DNA from: a virus
Taxonomy: Duplodnaviria; Caudoviricetes
Direction: 5' to 3' (one strand)
Virus record (IMG/VR): IMGVR_UViG_3300042564_000956
Coordinates: 1-29,935 of that record
DNA: 29,935 nt
Numbering within the stretch: position 1 is the first letter of the stretch; every line of letters starts with the position of its first letter. Positions 10,557-18,301 of this stretch are shown here, in pieces. Below the pieces are notes generated by a model. The model was not told where the DNA came from and searched no databases. It saw only the letters and a program-made list of their open reading frames with translations. A program made the translations under genes and the position numbers.

Positions 10557-12226
10557 TGAGTTATACTATAATTAAAACAGATGGAACAACACTAACACAG
10601 TTAGTGGATGGTGCCATAGATCAAACTGTAACAGATATTACATTAATCGGAAAAAATTCCAGCGGCTACGGCACATATATAAATGATAATTTTGTCTGGT
10701 TATTAGAAAATTTTGCTAATACTGCTCAACCTAATCATCCAATTACTGGACAATTATGGTTTGATACCAGCGAAAACAGATTAAAAGTGTACGACGGATC
10801 TGTTTTTAAAGTTAGCGGCGGCACAATTGTTTCTCCCACTGTGCCCAGTAGTATTTCAGCAGGTGATATATGGATTGACAGTACCCGCCAGCAACTTTAT
10901 TTTAATGATGGCACATCGACTAAACTTGCTGGTCCACTATGGACCGCAACACAAGGCACTACTGGATTTTATACAGAAGATATTGTTGACTCAGTTGGTG
11001 TTAGCCATACGGTTTTGCGACTCAGTGTAGCTGGAACTCCTATTGGTATTTGGAGTAAAGATACATTTACGCCTGCAAGCACTATTGCAGGCTATGCAGG
11101 AGACGTGTACACCGGATTTAATGCAGGTACATATTCAGGAATCAAACTTCACAGTCCTGTTACACAAGCAGACTATTTGTTATCAGCTGACGGCGTTACT
11201 CGTAAAACTGCCGCAAACTTCCTTTCAACAACAGATAGTTCAGCAACGACGGGTACTATTACTATTCAAAATGCAATTCCATTGGTGTTAGGCGAAGGTT
11301 CTAGTACTGAATTCAATGCTACTACATCAATTTTCCAAGTTAAATCAAATACTACCAATCAGAACTATGGTATTAATTTGCTTAGTGGAACAGGACTTGA
11401 TACTGCATTTTTTATCAATGCGACTACCAAACGAACTGGCATATACACTAACTTGCCAACGGCTTCATTGGATGTTAACGGAGATGCTAGGATTCGTGGA
11501 GATTTGATTGTTGAAGGTGCAACAACCACAATTAATACTACAAATTTAGAAATAGCAGATAAAATGATAGTGTTAGGAAAAGCAACATTGCCAACTAACA
11601 TTACAGCCAACGGCGGTGGAATTACGCTGGCAGCAGGTACAGATGTAGATAAAACAATAGCATGGTTATCTGCAACATCTAGCTGGACAAGCTCAGAAAA
11701 TATAGATTTAGCAGTTGGAAAATCGTTTAAAATTAACGGACAAGATGCACTGACAGGCAGCAGTTTAGGAACGTATATTGCAAGTGCTCCGGGATTGACC
11801 AGTATAGGAGCGTTGATTAGCCTACAAGCTGCCAATTTAAATATCCAGGATAATATTCTTAGTTATTCAAATCTGAGTCAAGCGGACGGTGATGTTATAT
11901 TGGATCCCAAAGGCAATGGCACGGTAGACATACGCGACCATCGTATATCGTCACTAGCTAACCCAATTCTTGACACAGATGCTGCAAATAAAACATATGT
12001 AGATATTAAAGTTAGGTCTGCACCGCTGGCATTATCTTTAACTGTGCCGTTGGGTTACAGAAACGACCAAATAGCCACAAATTACTTGTCATATGTGTTT
12101 AATTCAGCAGATCATGAATTTAATACAGAAGCAAACATTGTTGTTACTGAAGTAGGCGGCACCACAGAAATAAGGCAGTTCCAGTTATTGGCTGGAGTAT
12201 GGCAGTGGCAAACTAATTTGCCTTAA
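10556..12226 (+). CDS. Tail fibre paralog, 556 aa
   Basis: TAATG overlap with the upstream gene, shared N-terminal LIGKN..GYG..N.NF..LLENFA...GQLWFD...LKVYDG domain, and a trimer-neck-like ISSLANP..DTDAANKTYVD motif near the C-terminus. Confidence 0.75.
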   Translation: MSYTIIKTDGTTLTQLVDGAIDQTVTDITLIGKNSSGYGTYINDNFVWLLENFANTAQPNHPITGQLWFDTSENRLKVYDGSVFKVSGGTIVSPTVPSSISAGDIWIDSTRQQLYFNDGTSTKLAGPLWTATQGTTGFYTEDIVDSVGVSHTVLRLSVAGTPIGIWSKDTFTPASTIAGYAGDVYTGFNAGTYSGIKLHSPVTQADYLLSADGVTRKTAANFLSTTDSSATTGTITIQNAIPLVLGEGSSTEFNATTSIFQVKSNTTNQNYGINLLSGTGLDTAFFINATTKRTGIYTNLPTASLDVNGDARIRGDLIVEGATTTINTTNLEIADKMIVLGKATLPTNITANGGGITLAAGTDVDKTIAWLSATSSWTSSENIDLAVGKSFKINGQDALTGSSLGTYIASAPGLTSIGALISLQAANLNIQDNILSYSNLSQADGDVILDPKGNGTVDIRDHRISSLANPILDTDAANKTYVDIKVRSAPLALSLTVPLGYRNDQIATNYLSYVFNSADHEFNTEANIVVTEVGGTTEIRQFQLLAGVWQWQTNLP

Positions 12227-12232
12227 CAAATA

Positions 12233-12242
12233 GAATAAATAC
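12233..12242 (+). promoter_or_regulatory. Putative phage late promoter GAATAAATAC
   Basis: Identical to 7777-7786; precedes an AAGGA RBS and the ATG at 12265. Confidence 0.6.
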
Positions 12243-12264
12243 TGTAGAATAAGGAACGAGTGAG

Positions 12265-13761
12265 ATGTCATATACTATAACTAGAACAAATGGAGCACAA
12301 GTTGCAGTGGTTGCAGACGGAACTATCGATGCAACTCTTGATCTAAAACTAATTGGTAAAAATTATGCCGGTTACGGCGGAGTACAAAATGAAAATTTTG
12401 TATTTTTGCTGGAAAATTTTGCATCAAACAACCCTCCACCACGAGCAATCTCTGGCCAAATCTGGTTTGATAGCAGTTCTAGTAAATTAAAGTTTTATGA
12501 TGGTGTTAAATTCCGCACAACCGGCGGCGCTGAAATTAGTTCAACTGCACCAACAGGCCTAACAGTTGGTGATTTCTGGTTTGATACGACCAACAAGCAG
12601 TTATATGCGTGGGATGGTGCAAATTTTACATTAATTGGCCCGCAAGGCGTAGCCGGTTCTCAAACAGTCACGCAAATGCGTTCGGTTAGCTTATTAGACA
12701 CAAGTGGAAATCCTCATGCAGTTATCCAAGCTATCAATGACGATGTTACAATATTTACAATCAGCACTGAAGATTTTACACTAAATGCTGTTAATCAAAT
12801 AGATGGTTTTGCAAACATACATCAAGGCGTAACATTGTGTTACACCAACGATGATGGAGTAAATAATCTAGGGCAAACACAAACTGGCCACCGATTTTGG
12901 GGAACTGCTACTGATAGTGAAAGATTAGGTGGGTTATCTGCCAGCTCTTTTATTCAAACAACTAATGCAACTTTTAGTAATCCTGTACAGTTTTCACATG
13001 CAGGATTTACAGTTGGTAACCCGCAAGCATTGCTTCGTATTTTTAACGATTCAGAAACTACCCCTACTATCCAAAATCAACAAGGTAAAGAAATTGTTTT
13101 TAAAACAACTGTTTCTGGAACTCCAACTACTTCAAATATTAAATTTAGTGGTCGTACTGATACCACTTATGTGGATATATTACCTACCACAACTTTAGTA
13201 TCAAATATTGGATCTTTAGACTTTAAATTTAATAACGTACATGCTGATAAATTTAAAGGAACTGCTGATAAATCTGACTTATTAAGCGTTAATGGTAACT
13301 ATCGTTCTGCTAGTACAGACTCTAGTATTAACACTATTGCTGCTAGAGATAGCAACGGTTATATAAATGCAGTAGTATTCCAAGGTGTTGCAACTAGTGC
13401 AAACTATGCTGACTTGGCAGAAAAATATCTAGCTGATGCAGAATATGAAATAGGCACAGTTCTAATGGTAGGCGGCGAAAAAGAAGTTACAACTTGCCAA
13501 GTGGGATTCCGTGCGTTGGGTGCAGTTTCTGCAAACCCTGCATATATGATGAATAGCGAACTAGAAGGTGGAACATATGTTGCTCTTAAAGGGCGTGTTC
13601 CTGTTAAAGTGACAGGGTCTGTTATTAAAGGACAACGTTTAGTAGCTGGTGCCGCCGGCACTGCCCAAGCCGCAATGGGCAATACTGCTGATGTGTTTGC
13701 AATTGCATTAGAAACCAATAATGACGCATCGGTTAAACTCGTAGAATGTGTTATTTTATAA
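12265..13761 (+). CDS. Tail fibre paralog with C-terminal intramolecular chaperone/autoprotease (peptidase G2-like) domain, 498 aa
   Basis: Same N-terminal domain as the two previous ORFs. C-terminal ADLAEKY...GTVLMVGG...GAVSANP...VALKGRVPVKVTG pattern is characteristic of phage fibre chaperone domains. Confidence 0.72.
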   Translation: MSYTITRTNGAQVAVVADGTIDATLDLKLIGKNYAGYGGVQNENFVFLLENFASNNPPPRAISGQIWFDSSSSKLKFYDGVKFRTTGGAEISSTAPTGLTVGDFWFDTTNKQLYAWDGANFTLIGPQGVAGSQTVTQMRSVSLLDTSGNPHAVIQAINDDVTIFTISTEDFTLNAVNQIDGFANIHQGVTLCYTNDDGVNNLGQTQTGHRFWGTATDSERLGGLSASSFIQTTNATFSNPVQFSHAGFTVGNPQALLRIFNDSETTPTIQNQQGKEIVFKTTVSGTPTTSNIKFSGRTDTTYVDILPTTTLVSNIGSLDFKFNNVHADKFKGTADKSDLLSVNGNYRSASTDSSINTIAARDSNGYINAVVFQGVATSANYADLAEKYLADAEYEIGTVLMVGGEKEVTTCQVGFRALGAVSANPAYMMNSELEGGTYVALKGRVPVKVTGSVIKGQRLVAGAAGTAQAAMGNTADVFAIALETNNDASVKLVECVIL

Positions 13762-13762
13762 T

Positions 13763-13770
13763 GATAACTA
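13763..13770 (+). promoter_or_regulatory. Possible late promoter variant GATAACTA
   Basis: One mismatch from GATAAATA, 23 nt before the ATG at 13794, in a 32-nt gap. Confidence 0.35.
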
Positions 13771-13793
13771 TACTTGCATACAAAGGATAACTC

Positions 13794-14687
13794 ATGGCAG
13801 GCTTTGGCACATCGATTATAGCAACAGATTACAATGCTATACAATCAAAAATAAGCAATATCTTAGGAACAGGATCAGCCGACTACGGCTACGGACAAGC
13901 ATTAGCGAGTTCTCAAGTTGCTAGAAATAATAAAATTACAGTTGCTCAGTGGAATAATTTAAGAACTGATTTACTTAAAGCAAGACAACACCAAACAGGC
14001 AACGACGAGGGCGGCTTATTAGTATTACCAACCACTAGTACAACAATTAAAGAAGTTGATCGTGCTGCGTATAATACGTTTGCAGATACAACTACTAGCA
14101 ATCGATTAACTATTCCTCCAGCCAGCCAAGGAACTTTGGCAAACTTTGTCCCAGCCACTAGAACTAGTCCGTGGGCTTCTACGATTAGTCATACCGTTAC
14201 TGTTACATTTGCATCAGCTGATGCAGCCCGCTTTTATTTTAACAGTGGCGGAAATTTTAAATTCAGTGCTAGTTTTACAAATTACACAAGCGATACTAGT
14301 CTTCTTATTAATCGATCTTGGGCAACATTGTTGACTAACATGGGTATTATATCAATGAGTGCCAATACTACCACAAACACAGGCACAGGAACTTCGCAGA
14401 ATATTGGATGGTATAACTTAACAACTACTAATCAGTTGATTTTTACAAAATTTGTTGATGCAGCCGATAGCCAATATTCTCCAAATCAATATGATTTGTA
14501 TGCTAGACGAAATGCAGGATCTACACAAGTGATCTTTACGCCAACATTTTCTTATACATCTGCCGGTGCGGGCGGATATGCTTTTGAGCCAGCAAACGGT
14601 ACATTGACTAGTATTTCTCAACAATATTATGCCACTGGTTCGAATGTATCGGTAACTCCTCCTACTGCTGTAGTTTCAGGTTTATAA
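13794..14687 (+). CDS. Virion structural protein (tail-associated), 297 aa
   Basis: AAAGGA RBS, T/S/N/G-rich composition, IIATDYN and ITVAQWNNL motifs typical of phage fibre/baseplate N-termini, and structural-gene context. Confidence 0.6.
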   Translation: MAGFGTSIIATDYNAIQSKISNILGTGSADYGYGQALASSQVARNNKITVAQWNNLRTDLLKARQHQTGNDEGGLLVLPTTSTTIKEVDRAAYNTFADTTTSNRLTIPPASQGTLANFVPATRTSPWASTISHTVTVTFASADAARFYFNSGGNFKFSASFTNYTSDTSLLINRSWATLLTNMGIISMSANTTTNTGTGTSQNIGWYNLTTTNQLIFTKFVDAADSQYSPNQYDLYARRNAGSTQVIFTPTFSYTSAGAGGYAFEPANGTLTSISQQYYATGSNVSVTPPTAVVSGL

Positions 14688-14703
14688 CTCTAAATTCGTT
14701 GAC

Positions 14704-14747
14704 TAGATAATTAAAGTAGTGTATTATACTACTTGTGGAGTTATCTA
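14704..14747 (+). promoter_or_regulatory. RBS-sequestering hairpin with a late-promoter-like GATAATTA in its 5' arm
   Basis: Outer stem TAGATAATT (14704-14712) pairs with AGTTATCTA (14739-14747); inner stem AAGTAGTGT (14714-14722) pairs with ATACTACTT (14726-14734), each with one G-U pair. The structure covers part of the GGAG RBS and the A of ATG 14747. Confidence 0.55.
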
Positions 14748-15097
14748 TGGACGAAAGAATTGAAAAAGCGTTTGAAACAGCCAATTACATGGCTACATTG
14801 TCAAACCAACGAAGAATTATTTTAGAAGAATTTAATCAACAGTTAATATACTATATTAACGGTGCTGTATTTAAAATTGACAGCAATTTGATTACTTATG
14901 TCAAGACTGTATTGGATCTTGGACATACAACTGACGTTGTATTTGTTGATTCAAACAACTCTCCTGTGCAAATTCAAGATGTGCAAGAATTTTTTGATGC
15001 TGTTACTGAACAGTATTTTCTTGCGTTGAATTCATATTCAAACAAATATACAGAAATCAAAAAACAACGTAGAATACAGGGTTTGATTGAGCTATGA
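14747..15097 (+). CDS. Hypothetical protein (possible tail-fibre assembly chaperone), 116 aa
   Basis: The ATG at 14747 has GGAG 6 nt upstream and is preferred over the GTG at 14735; ATGA overlap with the next gene. The chaperone idea rests only on size and position. Confidence 0.55.
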   Translation: MDERIEKAFETANYMATLSNQRRIILEEFNQQLIYYINGAVFKIDSNLITYVKTVLDLGHTTDVVFVDSNNSPVQIQDVQEFFDAVTEQYFLALNSYSNKYTEIKKQRRIQGLIEL

Positions 15098-15942
15098 ACT
15101 GCGGAGCAGTAATATTTGCCCAGAATAATTCTGCAATCGATTATGTCAAAATGGCAGTGTTTGCTGCCACACGGATCGATAAATTTTTAAAAATTCCAGT
15201 ATCTGTAATTACAGACAGTAAAAGCTGGTTATTAGAAAGCCAACCTGATCATATATTTGAACAAGTAATTGAGATACCCGATAGTGCGGCATTCCATACA
15301 CGCAGATTTAATGACGGATCGTTATCTTCTAAAATTCTCGATTGGAAAAATCTATCAAGAAGCCAGGTATATGATTTAACTCCGTATGACAGAACACTTG
15401 TAATTGACAGTGATTATATAATTAATTCATCAGTACTTGCAGGTGCATTAACACACGATGCAAATTTACAAATATACAAAGACAGTTTAGATATTTCTAA
15501 TTGGCGTACAAATAAAGAATACCTTAGAATTAATCCGTACTCAATTCCATTTTATTGGGCCACTACATTTATATTTGAAAAGAATCCAATTATGAAAACA
15601 TTTTTTGATTTAATTGAATACATAAAATTAAATTGGAATTATTTTAGAACTTTGTACAGTATCGAATCTCCCACGTTTAGAAATGATTTTGCTTTTAGCA
15701 TTGCTATACACATTATGAACGGCAAAACCAATGGTACGTTTGCGGATGAATTGCCTGGAAAAATGATCTACTCTACTGACCGTGATATTCTTGTCACACT
15801 CGATGATACTACTTTAAAATTTCTTGTGGAAAAACAAGATTATCTTGGAGAATACACTGCGGCAAAAACAAGTGGTATTGATATCCACGTTATGAATAAA
15901 GCCAGTTTAAGTCGTTTTATTGATGGAGGCACAGGTGTCTAA
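15094..15942 (+). CDS. GT-A fold glycosyltransferase-like protein (GT8/mannosyltransferase-like), 282 aa
   Basis: YDLTPYDRTLVIDSDYII DxD motif after a hydrophobic strand, FRNDFAFSIA segment and a late H(V)MNK; paralog of the next gene. Confidence 0.65.
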   Translation: MNCGAVIFAQNNSAIDYVKMAVFAATRIDKFLKIPVSVITDSKSWLLESQPDHIFEQVIEIPDSAAFHTRRFNDGSLSSKILDWKNLSRSQVYDLTPYDRTLVIDSDYIINSSVLAGALTHDANLQIYKDSLDISNWRTNKEYLRINPYSIPFYWATTFIFEKNPIMKTFFDLIEYIKLNWNYFRTLYSIESPTFRNDFAFSIAIHIMNGKTNGTFADELPGKMIYSTDRDILVTLDDTTLKFLVEKQDYLGEYTAAKTSGIDIHVMNKASLSRFIDGGTGV

Positions 15943-16780
15943 AGGTTTCTTAGTACTCGCACAAAATACAGATACTGTTGACTACGTCAAACAGGCATAT
16001 GCATTGGCATTGTCGATCAAATATAGTCAGACCACTGTATCGATGATATCGTTGGTAACCAATGATAAAGTTCCAAAAAAATACAAATCTGTATTTGATC
16101 AAATTATTCCAATTCCGGGAAATGACGACGCTGCTGATACAAAATGGAAAGTTGAGAATCGCTGGAAATTATATCATGCAAGCCCTTACGATGAAACTAT
16201 TATCTTAGATACAGATATGTTGTTATTGGATGACATTTCTTCTTGGTGGAATTATTGTGAGCATTTTAATATTAGATTTTGCTCTACTATTAAAAATTAC
16301 AAATTGGAAACAATTGTAGATACTGTGCATCGTAAAGCATTTATTTCCAATAATTTATCTAACCCATATTATGCATTACATTACTTTAAGAAATGCGACG
16401 AAAGTCTTGTTTTTTATAAAGCACTAGAATTTATATGTAATAACTGGGAATGGGCCTATTCTGAATTCGCACCTGTAGATTATCAGCCTTGGTTAAGTAT
16501 GGATTTAGCCAGTGCTATTGCAATTGAACTGTCCGGTATGCAAGATGACATGTTTGATACTAATTCTCCTTTGCATTTTATACATATGAAAACACCGTTG
16601 CAAGCCTGGCCGATATCGCCAGTAAGTTGGCAAGATACTGTTCCTTATGTATTGACATCTAAAGGAAACTTGATTGTTGGCAACATTAAACAGCCTGCAT
16701 TATTTCATTATGTAGAAAAGAATTTCTTAACAGACAGCATACTTGATAGATTAAAGGAATTAGCAGATGGAAGATATTGA
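15935..16780 (+). CDS. GT-A fold glycosyltransferase-like protein (GT8/mannosyltransferase-like), about 281 aa
   Basis: YHASPYDETIILDTDMLL DxD motif plus FIHMK and FHYV. Likely GTG start at 15935 with GGAGG at 15925-15929; its N-terminus aligns with the previous gene (AQN...DYVK.A..A). Confidence 0.68.
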   Translation: MSKGFLVLAQNTDTVDYVKQAYALALSIKYSQTTVSMISLVTNDKVPKKYKSVFDQIIPIPGNDDAADTKWKVENRWKLYHASPYDETIILDTDMLLLDDISSWWNYCEHFNIRFCSTIKNYKLETIVDTVHRKAFISNNLSNPYYALHYFKKCDESLVFYKALEFICNNWEWAYSEFAPVDYQPWLSMDLASAIAIELSGMQDDMFDTNSPLHFIHMKTPLQAWPISPVSWQDTVPYVLTSKGNLIVGNIKQPALFHYVEKNFLTDSILDRLKELADGRY

Positions 16781-17405
16781 AGATTGCCTTAGCCCCGAAG
16801 AAATTGCAGCCGCAATGGCTCCTGCGGTACAAACTTATAGATGCTATTTTGATATTAAGACTGGCGACATATTGGCTATTTCAAACGAAGAAAACAGTCA
16901 ATATGAACAAGGGATTGTGATAGATTATCCTTTATATGAAAAGTTTGTAACGGGAGTAGAACAATTTAAAGATTGGGCAGTAACAAGAACAAAGAATCCT
17001 GATAGTGAATCGGGATTGGAGATTGTTCCTAGAATGCAACAGGAGTTGTTTTTTAAAAACAATATGTTTGAATGGATTACTGCCAAGCCCAATAAAAAGA
17101 CAGAATTAACAGTACACTGGAGTCCAAACGAAAGCATGTGGATTTTCTTAATATCAGATAAAGTTAGACAACAGTATTATGATAATAAGTATTCCATGGA
17201 GACATTGACTTTTTTCATTACATTAGAAACTGACTTTGACTTTTTAGTTAGAACAATTACTATTAACATAAAAGATTTAGTATTGGATAAAGTGTGCGTT
17301 CCCTTTACAAGTAGTGTAGAAGAAAAAATAGATAAAATTTCAATATCTACTAAATCCTTATTTTCATCATACGGATTAACAATTTGGAAGAAAACTGAAG
17401 AATGA
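16767..17405 (+). CDS. Hypothetical protein within the glycosyltransferase cassette, 212 aa
   Basis: AAGGA RBS; overlaps both neighbours; no recognisable catalytic motif. Confidence 0.6.
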   Translation: MEDIEDCLSPEEIAAAMAPAVQTYRCYFDIKTGDILAISNEENSQYEQGIVIDYPLYEKFVTGVEQFKDWAVTRTKNPDSESGLEIVPRMQQELFFKNNMFEWITAKPNKKTELTVHWSPNESMWIFLISDKVRQQYYDNKYSMETLTFFITLETDFDFLVRTITINIKDLVLDKVCVPFTSSVEEKIDKISISTKSLFSSYGLTIWKKTEE

Positions 17406-18301
17406 GCAAAACAATAAAAATTATAGATCAGGATATTATATTTCTAAGTTACGATGAGCCCAATGCTGAAAAGCATTATGCAGATCTAGTTGCTAAAGTA
17501 CCCTGGGCCAAGCGTGTGCATGGAGTCAAAGGCAGTGATGCCGCACACAAGGCATGTGCTGCCAAATGCGAAACTGAATATTTTGTCACAGTAGATGGCG
17601 ATAATATTGTTGATCCAAAATTTTTAGAAGTTGAAATAGACATAAACAAACTTGGATTAACGCCTAACCATGTATTCAGTTGGTGTGGCAAAGTACATGT
17701 TAATGACCTCATGTACGGAAACGGTGGACTTAAAATGTGGACACCTAAGTTTGTTAATGAGATGAAAACACATGAAAACTCCGATGCTAACGATACAAAA
17801 GGATTAGTTGAATTTTGCTTTGATGACAAGTATTATCAGTTTAATGAAAACTACAGCGAGAGCTTTACCAATGCCACTCCTTTCCAAGCATGGCGTGCCG
17901 GCTTCCGTGAGGGTGTAAAAATGTCACTGGATCAAGGAGCCAAAGTTCCTGATCTTAAAACAATATGGTGGCAAAATTATCACAGATTGCTGGTGTGGTG
18001 TAATATTGGTGCTGATGTTACTAATGGGTTATGGAGCATGTATGGTGCTAGGGAAGGTGCTTATCTTACCAATTGCACTGATTGGGATTACAGCAATGTC
18101 CGTGATTTTGATTGGCTCACAAAAGAGTGGGAAGAAAAATACAGCAAGATTACGGACGAAATGTTGCCCTATGAAATCATGGGCTTAGGAGAAACTTTAA
18201 TTCACGAATGTAAATTAGAGCTTAGTAATGTTGATGCAAACGGTAGTAAATTTTTTAAAACTGTGTTTAACAATACACCCCGAATTATAAGGAAACGATA
18301 A
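17402..18301 (+). CDS. GT2-like glycosyltransferase, 299 aa
   Basis: IIFLSYDE first strand, GVKG..AAH.A helix, YFVTVDGD DxD motif, YGNGG.K and AWRAGFREG; ATGA coupling. Confidence 0.68.
   Translation: MSKTIKIIDQDIIFLSYDEPNAEKHYADLVAKVPWAKRVHGVKGSDAAHKACAAKCETEYFVTVDGDNIVDPKFLEVEIDINKLGLTPNHVFSWCGKVHVNDLMYGNGGLKMWTPKFVNEMKTHENSDANDTKGLVEFCFDDKYYQFNENYSESFTNATPFQAWRAGFREGVKMSLDQGAKVPDLKTIWWQNYHRLLVWCNIGADVTNGLWSMYGAREGAYLTNCTDWDYSNVRDFDWLTKEWEEKYSKITDEMLPYEIMGLGETLIHECKLELSNVDANGSKFFKTVFNNTPRIIRKR

Noticed and set aside
12231-12251. TAGAATAA direct repeat as an operator
   Set aside because: Short and AT-rich; accounted for by the late promoter motif and the RBS.
287-14624. Antisense and alternate-frame ORFs inside structural genes (e.g. 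287-670, 9146-9643, 11365-11835, 13404-13844)
   Set aside because: They lie wholly or almost wholly within long genes and show no motifs; they are the shadows expected from codon bias.
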